Shown: piece by piece, positions 21,232-34,248 of the stretch
Position numbering within the stretch: position 1 is the stretch's first letter
Layout: each line of letters opens with the position of its first letter
Source: Monocercomonoides exilis PA203
Taxonomy: Eukaryota; Protista; Preaxostyla
Length of the DNA: 64,000 bases
NCBI GenBank assembly: GCA_001643675.2
Contig: LSRY02000002.1
Span: 2,170,001 to 2,234,000, forward strand
Direction of reading: 5' to 3'
Position numbers and translations under genes: made by a program
Notes under the pieces: generated by a model
What the model was told of the DNA's origin: nothing
The model's input: only the letters and a program-made list of their open reading frames with translations
Databases searched by the model: none

Positions 21232-24200
21232 TTGATTTGCATGTTATCGCGCAGAGTAATTGTCGATTCTTCATTTTGCAAAAAACATGATGAAAAAGTC
21301 TTATTACTTCTTTCAATAAAGAAAATCGATTATCTTGTTGATGATGGCGATACATCTTGCTCAAAGCTTCCTTCAAAATTCATACAAAACATTGGTATAA
21401 TAGGAAGAATTACTGTTCGATTATCTGTCTGCAAAATGAAAGGAGCATGGAGATTTGAACGTACGGAATTGAATGATATAATAAGTGTCACAGGGAAATG
21501 GAGATATTTTCCAATTAAAGATTATAAATTGGATGGTTTTAAGGAGGAATACAACGAATCAACAAATGTTGGATCAAAAGAAAAGCATGTTATTGATGAT
21601 TCGATAAAAAAATCGTTGTGGGAGCAACTTTTTGACGAATGGAGCAAAGGATCATTCGAAGATGGAGGAAAACTAACTGATGGCATTTTGCGAGAAAGGA
21701 CTTTGCACAGAATCAAACAACTTGTTCCCGAATTTCTTTGTGAACTAATGAAATTTGGAGAAATAGATAGAGCCGCTTCAACCTTTGAAAAAGGATTCGA
21801 AAATATAAAATTTTGGGAAGAAGCAATTTTCTGGGATGTAGTTGTTGATCCAGTGATTTGTGAATGCGATACAGATGTCGACGGGTCATCGATCGTATCA
21901 TTTCCTGATGATCTTATTTCTGTAACAACTGTCACAGAATCTATTGACTGCACAAGGAAGATGATATTAGGACAGATTGTGGAAAAAGCAGAATATTCAT
22001 CCATACCGCTTTTTGGTTCAATGATTCATTCTCTTTTTGAGAAAATCATTAAATATTACACTTTTGGCGGTCATACTTTACCAGATGCTCTAATCGCTGC
22101 ATCTCAGAGCTATTATCAAAAAAAGGCTTCAAAAATACCGATTCTCGAAGAGCCTTTTGCTGCTCTTCCGCAATTTCCGTCTTCTGCATTCAGCTCAAAT
22201 GCATCAATGGCATTTCATATTGTGCAGCATTGTTCAGATCCTGTGGTAAATCAGCTATTCGAATGTTTTGGACAGTTTATTGAATGCGTAATACTTGATT
22301 TTAGATTGCAAATGATTGTTTACGGAGTGAGGGAGAGCGAAGCGCGAATGAAACTGTATTCGTTTCTTCCTTCTATTTGTTCTTTTCTAAGTAAAAGCGT
22401 TACAAAGCAAGAATCATTATCAAAGGCTGAAGATGAACTTGCATGCAAGAAAGGTCAAGGAAAATATCAAATGAAAAATGTTACCAAAGAAAATGCTTTC
22501 AATTGGAAGAAATGTACTTCTTTGGCTCAAACTGTTCCATCTAAAACTTCCAAAGATTTTAATTCGGAAACTTCAATTAAACTTAAGATTGATGGAATTG
22601 TCGCATGTGAAGAATCGTTTTTATGTGCTGTTTTTGGATTAAAAGGGAAAATCGATGCCAATGTTTGGATGAAATGTAATGTTCAACCAAACTCTTATGA
22701 ATCAAAATTTTTTGGCGTTCATGAAGAGAAAAAGGACAATTGCTTTGCCGTTGAAATATGTCCACTGGAACTAAAAACAGGAAACGCAGGCGTGAAAAAA
22801 AAGTATCAAGGATCAACAGAAATCGGAAAGACTGTTGAAGCGAAGATGCAACACTCGTCTCAATGCTTGATATATCAGGGCATTCTACGACATGAATATA
22901 ATCATTTGCGTACTTCTATTCAATCTGCAAATGAATTCCCAAAAGGAGAATCTTCAATAGCTCAGAGCAGTTATGTGAGATATTTTGGAGAAGATAAAAC
23001 ATTTGCTTTTTCTGAAGAGAAGGAAAAGAAAACAGATGCCAATGAAGCTATTTCTTTCGGAAGTGGCATTTTGTTGTATCTGAAAGAGGCCAAACCGCCA
23101 AAGGCAACTTCGTTTTCGACTTCCTCAGAAATGTCGCTGATGTCGTATGTGCCCCGTACAAAGACAAAAGCCTCATCGTCTCATTCACTACAAGATGAAG
23201 GGCATTACTCTTTCTTGATCCCTTTTTCTTCTCGCCAGTTCAGCCAGCTGCTGATGAGGCGAAATGAGATAGCTCGAGCTCTTCATGCTACTCTCAGTGC
23301 AACAACTGAAAAGAGCATATTCAATCAAAAGACAGAATTAGATAGAAAACCTATGAAAAATGAAAGCAAATTACAAAGCTTGCCCAATGAAGTTAATAAA
23401 ACGGTTTATTCAAAGGATTTGAAAATAGAATCTTTTGCTTCAGATAACTTTGAGAATGAATTCAACGATTCAAAATTTGAAACATTCGACGATTTTGATT
23501 TTGAAAAAGGGATTATTGACGAGGAAGATGAAAATTTAGAATTTATGTTTAAAAAAAATGAACAAGAAATGAAGAATAAATTTGAGGAAGAGAGAAAAGA
23601 AAAGCTATTCGCGCAACTTCAAAATTTGCTTCGAATGAAAAAAGCGAACGAAGATGGTGTTGTATCTTCTATGCCTCTCTCTCTTTCTCGTTCATCGTCG
23701 CTTCTTGGCTTTGGAATAAAATCTCCATCGAGTTTTCTTCAACTGAATTCATTAAGATCTACGCCTTTATCTCCTCCAGTTTCATCTCCTTTTTCTCCAA
23801 GCTTTGTACCATCAATTAGATCAAATTCAATTGCAAGTCCATTTTCTCCAGTGTTTGGTCAGACAACGATCTCCAAGCAAAAATCATCAGCATTTAATTC
23901 ATCTGGCTGGAGTGATTCTCCGTTATCTCCTGTCACGTCTCCTCACAATTCAATTGCAGGTTATTCTTTCCCATCAAGTGCATCATCAATCAGTAATGAG
24001 AACAAGTTATGGGTACCTTCTCTTTCAAAGAGAGGTTCGACTGTTGTCGAAGACCCGCGAGCTGAGTGCCATCACAACTGCAAATACTGCGGAATGAAAA
24101 AGATTTGCGGTGTTGTTGGTAGAATGCTCGAAGAAGAAAACACAGCAAACTGGGAGATTGAACGACTGTTTGAACTTTTTGAGCCAAATGAATTTGAAAG

Positions 24201-27200
24201 CTCAAACGCTTCTTTCATTGAACCAGCTCCAGCTATTTATCATGCACTATCAGATTTTTCACAACAAGATGACCTGTCGAAATCAATTCCATCTTCCTCT
24301 TCCTCCTCTGCTGCTCTCGCAGCATCTATCGTTGTTCCTCAAAAGCTTCCGATTGAAGAAATTGAAATAGACAACCAATCACTCAAGGGAGTCTTTGAAA
24401 TTGATTCCATTTCAAATTCATTGAATGAAAACGAAGAGATGGAAGTTCTCACTGATTCTGGCCCACTTTTAAGAACTTTGTTTTTCCGATTTTGGTGGAA
24501 TTTGCTTATTGAAGAAGAAACGAAGGCTTCGTTGAATTCGAGCGATCTGTGGACAGCGACATCACAAGAAGTTTGAAGCATTCTCTTTTTTTTAATTTAT
24601 TCATTAATTTTTAAATTATTTTTGTTTTTATTTTAGAGAGAACTATTTACTGGCGAATGCATCGGATCGCTAATACCAATTTTGTGTCTGAAATATCCTT
24701 TTACTGAAGGAACTCGTGTTCAAGAGCCATTGTTTGGAAAGCCAAGTTTGTTTGTGTCCCAGCAAATAGGATCCTCAGTACCTTCATTTAATGTAAAAGA
24801 AGCTTCACGTGAATTATCTTTAGCAACAATGGACAGCAGACGCGCAGATGAATATTGGGAAGACGATAGGCCTTTTCTCGTTGTTCTGATTCGTCTGAGG
24901 AAGAAAGAGAGAGTTGTAACGCGAACAAGGATAAGAAAAGGTGATTATGCTACAATTAGTCAAGATAAGAACAACACCATTGGATTGGGTGGAGAAGAGA
25001 GAAATAAGCTTATTTGTCAAGGGCATGATGAACTTGGTGCTTTTGGAGGCTTGAAAATTGGAAATGGAACAATTGTGCACGTTGCATTTGAGGAAAAAGT
25101 GCGAATTCCAAAAAGTTATTCAATATCATCCAATAATAAAATAGGCAGAGAGACAGAAATTAAAAGCGAAGGCATTAAAGAGATTGGAAAAATGTTACAT
25201 CGCATTTTGTCTCAATTTTCTGAAAGAAAAGAAGAGATTAAGGAAACTGCAATGAGCGAAGGAATTGGCTCGTCTTTGCTGGCTCAAAGCGTTCTGAATC
25301 AATATTCCCAACTCGGTTCACAGACACAAACACAAACGACTCAAGGAACTCCATCAAAAAATCGCATTATGTTTTCAGAGAAATGGAAGAATAATTCCAG
25401 TGCCTTGTCAAAGAGCGAGGGATCAATAAATGAGGATGATATAATCTATCTTGATGTTGTTCTGGTGGAAACAACCACTCTTCCGATACCAAAGGATTTG
25501 TATTTCGTTAATCATTTTAACAAGCAAGTGCATCGTTCATTCGTTTCCCTTAATGATGCAAATGGTCAAATGGATGAAGCACTAAGCTTTTCATCTCTTA
25601 TACCATATTACAACTATTTGCCTGATTCGTTTGAATTGTGCGATATTCTTTCGAATATTTATTCCTCTCCAAATGCAACGCATCCTTTTTACCTTTCCGT
25701 TAGCATTCTTCCTCTTGCCTCGAAGTCATTATACGCACATCTTCGAGGAAACATTGTTGAATTATTTGAGAAGGAAGAAATGGAAGAAGAAGATTGCGTT
25801 CTCTTTGAGAATGGAGTAAAAATTGCGCATGACAAAGAAGCTCACAAACAAGGGCCTCAAACAGTTGATATCAACTCAAAAACAATAGTCGAATCAGCAG
25901 AGTCAAAGAAATTAGAAGCAACTTGTGAAGAGCAAAACATTGAAAAAGATGGGTATCAAGAGGAAAAAATGAAAGAATTTGAAGCAGATCGACGGAAAAT
26001 GATGGATGAATGGAAGAAATTCTTGCAAAAGCAGCGTTCACGTCTTAATAAGATTCTTTTCGACCATGCATCGCTCAACATTGGAGGGAATTGGCTTTGG
26101 ATTGAAGAAAGAACGAAAAAGAATCGAGACTATAGCGTTGAATTTGAAACTGAATCAACCAAAGACGAAAATTTAAAAGTAACAAGAACTGATGTTGAAA
26201 AGGATGCATTCGATTTACCAAAAACAAAAAATGAATTTGCTTCATCAAAATCAGAAGATGATAGCAACAATCTCGCTTCAGTTGTGCAAAAAGAAGATAA
26301 GGACTTGTTTTCTTGGGTGGAAACCATTGAAAAAGAGAATGATGTTCTTGTCGGAGACTTAGATGATCTTGAATGGGGTTTTGGTGGCTCCGAAGATGAT
26401 GCAAAGGAAAAAGAGAATATTTTTGAAGAATTGCAAAAAGAGAGTGAGAGAGAAGAAGCTGAAGAAAGAAGAAGAATGGCCATTGAAAAAGAATTGGAAG
26501 AGTTTGATTTTCTTGAAGATAACGAATTTGCTGAAGAATGGAATATACCAAGAAACGATGATTCAAAAAATGAAATTATCGAATTGAATCAAAAAGAGCA
26601 AAAAGAAAAGCAGGTTGAGACGATGATAAAGCTGCTTTCAGATGAAGAAAAAAAGAGAAATATAATTCAGATTTGCGAAGATTCTTCTCAACACTTTCCA
26701 ACAATAAATTCCATTTCTGTTGATAACACTCCTTCAAAATATACTTCAAATGCTTCAAGATTCAAAAATCTTCGAATTCCTCCTTTTTATCCTTCAACAT
26801 CTCTTCAAACTCTGAATGAAGCCCAACTATATGCGCTCTCATGCTGTGTTCTTCCATATCTTCACCCATCTTCCATCAATACTTCTTTTCAATCTCTTTC
26901 CTCATTTTCAAAAAGCACTTCTTCAACTTCATTTGATTCGGAATCATTGATTTCTCAAGGTCATCTTTCTCCTTCTTTATCAATAATACCAATTGTTGGG
27001 GTTCCTGGTGCAGGAAAAACGCATTTGATAGCTCAGATGATACACATCATGCTGTGGCTTCATCGCTCTTCTCCAAGTCAAATTAGTTCAAGTGAGCAAA
27101 ACACTGATAATAATGAATTTGTTGCAAGTTCATTGCATATGAATCCAACTACTACCAATTCAACTTTTCATAAAAAATCATTCCTCGAGCATCCATTCCG

Positions 27201-29514
27201 TATTCTTGTTTGTGCACATACGCACAGCGCTGTCGACAACATTCTCCTTCAGCTACAGAAAAAGAGAATTCCATTTCTGAGAATTGGACGAAGTGAAAAC
27301 GTTGACGATAACATTTTGAAGGAAGCATCAAATTTCTCAGCCAATTTCAGTGATGGATCTCAAGAGCTAAAATCACAAGAATCTGTATTTGCATCTCCGC
27401 TGTCAATTTCTTCTCAATTTGTTTCCACACAATTTTCACTTGCATCCAATGCTTCAACTATTTCACAAATAGAAGTCGATAAAGGGACAGTGAGCAATGA
27501 AAAAAAGAGCATTTCTTTGGGGAAAGAAGATTTAGCTTCGAAAGGAACTTTTTTGGAAAAGACTTCCAATAAAAACAATCGGGAAGGTCAAACACTTCAT
27601 TTCTATCCGGGGTGGCTGAATGAAGAGTTGGATGATGATGAAGCTCACTTGCAGCAACTTATTGAATGGATTCCTGTAATTGGAATCACTGCTCTGTCAT
27701 TTTCATCTACTTTTGCTTCAAGTCTTCCTCTTCCTTTTTGGATGAACTTCGACTTGTGCATTGTGGATGAAGCTTCTCAGCTGCTACTTCCAGGCGTCAT
27801 CCCTCCAATCCTCAGAAGTGTAAGGACGGTTCTGGTTGGTGATCCCCATCAGCTCACACCTCTCATTCATTCAATTCCTTTCAACCAATCGTCTTCTCCA
27901 CAAAGTTTACATCGCTCCTTATCATCATCTTTCTCTGAAAAACGGTCTAGTTCTTTAAACAGTCCAAGTAGTGAAGATGCAACAAGTCCAAGAGACTTTA
28001 GATTAGATAAAAAAATGGAATATCCTAGTTGTTCAGAACTGACGAGAAAAATACAAAGGTCACCTCTTATTAATGGTACAAAACTGGAATTTGCTTCATC
28101 GACTATATTTCAATTATCTCTTCTCTCTTATCTGTGCTTGTCTCATCCTGAAAATGTGGTTATTCTATCGTGGCAATATAGAATGAATAAAGCAATTGAA
28201 ACTGTTGCAAACAGAGTTGTTTATGGAGGTTTGTTGGAAGAAGGGAGCCCAACATCAATGAATCAACAAACGTTGCAGCCTGTCGATGACTTATTTGTTT
28301 CAAAAGAATCAAATGCTGAAAAAGAGTTATTGCTGCAATCACCTTCAAAATATGCTATACAGAAAGTTGGCATCGTTGAATTTATGCCAAAATGTAATTC
28401 GCATCCTATTTTGAGCTCTCTTGCGAGCATTGGATGTGATTGGCTTTTGCCAATTTTAAACCCTCTTCATTCAGTTATCTTCATTTCAACAGACAAAATT
28501 TTAAAAACGTTGAAAGAAAAAGACCAAATGGCAGGCGAATCTGATACAAAAGAAGAAATTGAAGAAGCAGAACTGAATTCTCTTATGCCTGGTTGCGGTA
28601 CAATAATAAAAGATGGAATAAGCGGAACAAGGAGAGGATGGAGCTCTATTGAAGGATTAGTGATAGGAATTGCTGTGAATGCTATTGTTCATTATTCATG
28701 CTGTGACATACAAACTGAAAAGGAGAAAAAAAGAGATGCAAAGAGAATTTTTAAGAGAATTAAAAGCACCCGTGCAAAGATGGAAGAAGCAGTCAAAAAA
28801 ATGAATGAAAAGATGAAAGTCACCAGAGGAAAAGCAAGAAGTGAGAAAGCAGATAAAGAAATGATTGAACGATTGCTTGCAAACAGAGCGATAGAAATGA
28901 AGCATCAGGCGCCTGTGAATGAAATTGGAGTTATCGCGCCATATAGAGCACAAGTTAAACTTATTCAAAATGTGTTTCAGTTGCCTGTATCGTTTTCTTC
29001 TCATTCCCATCATTCACACTCAAAGCATAGCCCTGTGACTGAAAATCGACATAGAAATGTATCAAAGTTCAAAAGGGGTCCAAATGTTCAAACAATAGAT
29101 TCTTTTCAAGGGAAAGAACAGTCTGTGATTATGCTTTCATTAACTAATTCTGGAGAAAGAAACGTTAGCGAAGATTGCTCTCTTCTATCAGACTGGAGAA
29201 GATTAACAGTTGCATTGACACGAGCAAAACGGAAACTTATCATTGTTGGTTCTTACGAAGAACTGCAAAGAGAAAGTGAAAAAGGAAAAGATGGAGAGGA
29301 GAATTGTTTGTCGAGACTTGCCAACATTTTTGAAAGAGAAGAGCACGAAGGTTGTTATTCAAAGGAAGATGCTCAACCAAGAAAAGATCCTGAGAATGGA
29401 TGCTCCAACGCTTCCTATCTTCCATTTTTCCCTCCAACTTTGCTTAATGTGACATACCAGGAGCTGAGCCGTGCGATTCCTTTTTTGACTTCATGTGCTT
29501 CTCTAAAAAACTAA
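21232..29514 (+). CDS. DNA2: DNA replication ATP-dependent nuclease/helicase Dna2 (about 2,740 aa; ORFs 21232-24570 and 24637-29514 joined by intron 24571-24636; true 5' end uncertain)
   Basis: Nuclease motifs: SIDCTRK (first Fe-S Cys), GSMIHSLFE, FGLKGKIDA and PLELKTG (PD-(D/E)xK), and CKYCGMKKIC (three further Fe-S Cys). SF1B helicase motifs: GVPGAGKT, CAHTHSAVDNIL, DEASQ, LVGDPHQL, QYRMN, GVIAPYRAQ, TIDSFQGKE, DWRRLTVALTRAKRKLIIVG. Removing the 66-nt GTTTGA...TTTTAG intron gives LWTATSQE/RELFTGECIGSL, matching the Dna2 'LW...ERE..G.C+..L' segment. Confidence 0.95.
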
Positions 29515-29753
29515 TTTTGAATTTCATTTGAAGCTCAAAACTAGTAATAATTCTTTTATTTGCGTTAATGATGAAAATTCTTTTTCTTTTTTACAAAAAA
29601 TGTCATTTTTCCCATTTCTTTATGCTTTTTTAGCAAAAGAAATAGTAAACATCTTTCTCATTTTCATATATTTATGACGTGTCAAGAAGAATAAAGTACA
29701 AGAGAGATTATTTTAAAGCAACAGATAGATCATAAAAAAGGAAATTTATTTTC

Positions 29754-32700
29754 TCAGAAGCAGCAGCAGAAAGGGCAGAGCAAAAATGGGCATATCCATC
29801 GAACGCATTGTGCAGCAGTAAACATGAAAATCAATGCAGAAATAATAATAAGTGGAATAGCATAGGACATTCCTCCACCAAAAGAAAATCCTTTTGCCGA
29901 TCGCTCATCAGCAATATCAAGTGGAATGTATGGAACAGCAGAGCAATTGAATTGTGGATAATTATTTTTTGTACTTGCAAAATTGAATCTTGACGATTGC
30001 GTGGAATTCTCTAGAAAATCGAGCATGTATCCATCGTTGCACCAAGCAATTCCGCAACGTTTGGCCAAAGGAACGGAAGAATCTTTGCTGCACATCACAC
30101 CTGAAACTCCATTTTCCACATCAGGACAAATGCTTGCATCTGCATCAACAAACATTCCTTCTTTGCACGAAAAAATTCCTTTTGAATCGTCGTTTTCTTT
30201 TAAGTTTTGTTCATTTTGCTTCGATTGAGTACTTTCATGAGCCGCAGACATAGCTAACGCTTCAACGGCGAGTGAATATGCTTCTCCTGCGCTTTTGAAA
30301 TCCCAAATGGGAAGCACAAGATCTGCCTGCGTGTACAGAAACTGAGCCGGATAAGAGAAGTCCCGTGGGTCTAGCTTAAGCCCAGAGTATCGAGGAGAGG
30401 AATCGACAGGATGGTCGAAGTAGATCTGATAGAAGGCGGTGGTGAATCGGCAAGAAAGGGGGATGTTGAATTGAGGCTGGATGACGTTGGCTCCAGCTGC
30501 AGAAGACGGATCAAAAGGAGAAGGACGAATAGTTGCAGAAGGATGAGATGTTGGCGAGGAAGGATCTTCTGCAGAAAGAGGGGTATTTTTCTGAGAGGTG
30601 AAGAGCCCTCCCATCACAGCAACTTTGGCTCTCCGAGTGAGCTGGAGGATTTTAGTGGTCATTGCACAGCCAGAAAAGCAGTAGCCATCGCTGAGGACAA
30701 CAAAGTGGTTCATGTCGAAAAACGGGAAGTAATCAGAAGAAGTGAAGACAGTCGTGGAAGATGTTGATGTGTTAGTCGGAAATGGATAGCGAAGAGAGTC
30801 TTGTGAAATCGTCGAAGGAGAAGAAAGAAGGACATTGGCTTCCAACGTTGGTGTATTAAGCTTTAGCGAAGTGTCAGTTGCTATCATTCTGGAAGCCTTT
30901 TTTTGTGATTTTTCAGAGAGAGACAAGGAAAGGTGTGAATAAAAAGTATTTTTTGACTGGCGTGTGCTCTTTTCTCTTCCAGATTCTAATTTCTTTAGGA
31001 GATTCATGCCATCTTGATATCCTCTTGTCAGAGAAACGCGAAATGGTTCAGTGAAAGGCAACGATTTCCCTTCGAGCGGATTCCTCTTCAGAAGTGTCTC
31101 ACCCTTTTCGTACCAGTCGGCCTTTGAAGACATCCAGCCATAGTCCATCCCAAACACATCTTCGCTCCCAAACACTTTGTCCGCAAACTGCTTCGTCAGC
31201 CAGTTCTTCTGCAGATAACCCCCAGGCATCAGAAGATACTGCGAGGCAAACGAAGAGAATGGCGCCACCATCGGAAGCAGACCAAAGGCCAGATTTGCCA
31301 ATCCCCCTCCGTTTGAGCGCATGTCGAGGATGAAGTAGCGGATAGGTCCGGGCGAAGAACCCTCTGAGCTCTCCTCAGCCGATGCCAGCCCTTCGTCGTG
31401 CAGCTTCCCAATCACTTTCAGTCCAGCAATGACTTCTGCTTCGAACTGAGGAGGAGGATCTGCTACAAACGACGAGACAATCATCACAGCCACGTCTCCT
31501 TCGATCAGAGAAGACTCCTCTGCTGAATGTGAGTGAGTGCCAAAGGGAGGTTTTATGACTGCTGTTTCTGCTGGATGGATGGCATGCCATTGATCCAGAA
31601 ACGAAGCGATGTCTGCGCCTTTCACCAGCAGCGTCTGAACATACTCTCCATTCACCAAAAGTGTGGCTGGCAATTGGAGAGTATTCGACGGTGGAACAAT
31701 GCCGGATGAGACAGAGGCAGATGATGAAGTGGAAATAGAAGACGAAGGTGTGGGACGACTCTCAGAATCTCCATACAAAAAGATGATGTCTTCACCATTT
31801 GTGGGCTCTTCTAATGGATGAGAAGGTGAAGGATGATTTCTTTGTTTAAAGATGCCCTTCATTTCATCTGTCATTTCAATGCATTTACCGTCATCTGATT
31901 CTCCAAAGCTGCTCACAAGATCCTGTGCTAATTCCATTGGCGTTTCATTCATTCTTAAAAAAATGCATTTTAAAAATAAAATCAAAATATGATAAATAAT
32001 AAAAACAATTATTTTGCATACTGAATAGTTGATGAAAGAAACAGAGGATGTGACAAGTCCCACTGTTTTGCATCAGAATGAGTGAGTCCAGTGATATGAT
32101 TCCTTTGAATGAATTCTGAAGACGGAGACTCTTCACTTCGGAGAGGATTGTTCTTGGTTGAATGGGAAGATGTCTCTTTTGTTGTCGCTTCAGATAAATT
32201 TGCCAAAAGTGCATTCATCAAAAGAGAAAAGGGGATCTTAACTCCTTCTTCGCTTGACAGACCTATGCTCTTTTTATAATGTTCAGAATCTGTTGTGGTT
32301 GATGCATTTTTGTATTCATCTGGAGCTGAATGTTGTGAAATGTCGCTTTTGATGTTCATTTTGGATTCCTTTCGTCGAACTTCAGAGCTGGTCGGAGAAT
32401 TGTGTGAAGCAGGAAATTGGACAGTCGTATCTGAAGAAGTGCTCATATCACATTCAGTTGCCATCTTTCTTCTGTTCTCCCGCGCTTTCCTTAGAATCGT
32501 GTTGAAAGTTGGAGCATCTTTTTTATCACTTTCAGATGCGTGTTCTTTTGAATCGCTGCTTTCATCAGAAGAAGCTGAAAGTGGCACAAGTCGTGCTTGA
32601 GACGATGCAGAAGCAGAATCTAAATGAGTTTCATTGACAAGAGATCAAATAAAATAGAAATCAAATGAAATATTTTGAAACAAATTTAAACTCTAATTAA

Positions 32701-34125
32701 AATATCACCTGAAAACGGAAGAGGAGAATTAAGCGCAGCAGAGAGGTGCTTTGAGCGAAGATCAGAAAGCACAGACTTGTCCTGAATGTCTGTGTTGACC
32801 AGCCCCATCAGCCTGACTGTGAGCTCTTCCAAAGTCCCATCGCCGTCGGGACTTTCAACCTCCAGCACAATTTCTTCATTGCCTCCTTCGAACAGCGCCT
32901 GCGGAAATAGCGAAAGCGGACGAATGTGGAAAAATGACTGAAGTGCAAGATTGAACTGAACATGGTCTGTCATTCCGAGGCCACTACTTCCGTATTTTGT
33001 GTTGCCTGTTGTAGAGGCCCAGCGGTAAATGTACTGTTCAATTTTTAAAAAATAAAGAAAAGAAAAGATAGATAGATAGAGATCATTGCAAATTTTTGAT
33101 ATTTCACAAATGATGAAGGCAAATTGAAGTAAATATTTGTCAATGAATCAGAAAAAACAATTTGATACATGCCTCAATTGGATCGCACCATTCAAAGCGA
33201 TCATTCGCAGAAATTGAAGGAAAATCGTTAAACGATCTCAGTGGTAAGTTCTTGTTTGTATGTATTGTTTTCAATTCTGTTTTTGGGCCCAACTGCTTGA
33301 AAAACCGTTGTATTGTTTTGAATAAATCAGAAGGCGGTCCGCTTTCGTTGGGAGCATGTCGCGCAGCTTCCTTTCTCCGGGATGTGTCTATTTCAGGCCA
33401 CGGAGATTCGGCTATTTTGCGTGATTTCATTCTGTGTATTTGATAATTTTCATATTTAAAAAAGTCTATTCCAGTTAATTCAGCATATTGTCTTGTTATG
33501 AAAGAATATTGCGGTGAATACTTATATGATGATTGATTAAAAAAAGAAAAAGCACACGAAATGTTTCAAACCTTTCCAATTGATAATGTTTGCGATAAAC
33601 TGCTTGATGAATCAGTTGATTGTTTGTCAAAGAAGGAGCTTAACGAAGCTTTAAACGGGAAAGGGAGAACAAGACTAAAAAGTGCGTAGCAAAGAGGAGG
33701 AGTGTATTGTGTATGACCGTCGTGAAGGCGAGAAAATAGAGAATGAATTTCTGTATGAAATTCATAATCATTTGAGAAATAGTGTTCAAATATTTTCTGT
33801 TTTGTTTGTTCGAGTGAAAATGTTATGTTGTATTGATGGTTCGCGTATGGTTGTGGTGGGCTTTGAAGGATGTCTCTAAAAGGATAAGAATTTAGGATTA
33901 CATCTTTTATTGAAATATTTGGGGGAAAAATGAATAAATGGATGTATTTTAAGCAAAAACCACACATGCCGCTTCAAAAGTCATTTTTGAAGTTGTGTCA
34001 TCATATGGAAATGACAAAAGGCATTTTTGTATTTCAGGAACAGAATATAAAACTCCTTTTTCAAACATGCAATGTTCAACACTTTTTGAGTATTGAATAA
34101 AAAAGAAAATAAAAAGGAAAATCAT
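29754..34125 (-). CDS. Type I membrane-anchored S41-family (tail-specific protease/CPAF-like) serine peptidase, 6 exons
   Basis: Hand-spliced exons 34125-33966, 33903-33572, 33520-33173, 33033-32709, 32619-32022 and 31953-29754 stay in frame. Signal peptide MIFLFIFFFIQYSKS; motifs CLLSFPYD, YPFRDILQSPP, NDYEFHTEIHSLFSRLHDGHTQY, ILDMRSNGGG, VVLSDGYCFSGC (putative Ser nucleophile); Cys-rich stalk; C-terminal TM helix and CPFCCCF tail. Confidence 0.85.
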
Positions 34126-34248
34126 GAGTACAAATGCTCTATCAAATTATGCCCTTCATTTCCTTTGACAAGCAGTAGAAATTTGAATGATCAATAATGA
34201 TCTAAACCATATTCTTTTAAATTTTCAAAATGTCCAGTCTTTTGCCAA
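34126..34248. promoter_or_regulatory. Putative compact bidirectional promoter (123 bp between divergent start codons)
   Basis: The peptidase ATG (34125, minus strand) and the Skp1-like ATG (34249, plus strand) are head-to-head. No specific promoter motif identified. Confidence 0.45.

Noticed and set aside
24571-24681. Split Dna2 (separate nuclease and helicase genes) or stop-codon readthrough
   Set aside because: The TGA lies inside a clean 66-nt GT-AG, T-rich intron whose removal restores a conserved Dna2 segment.
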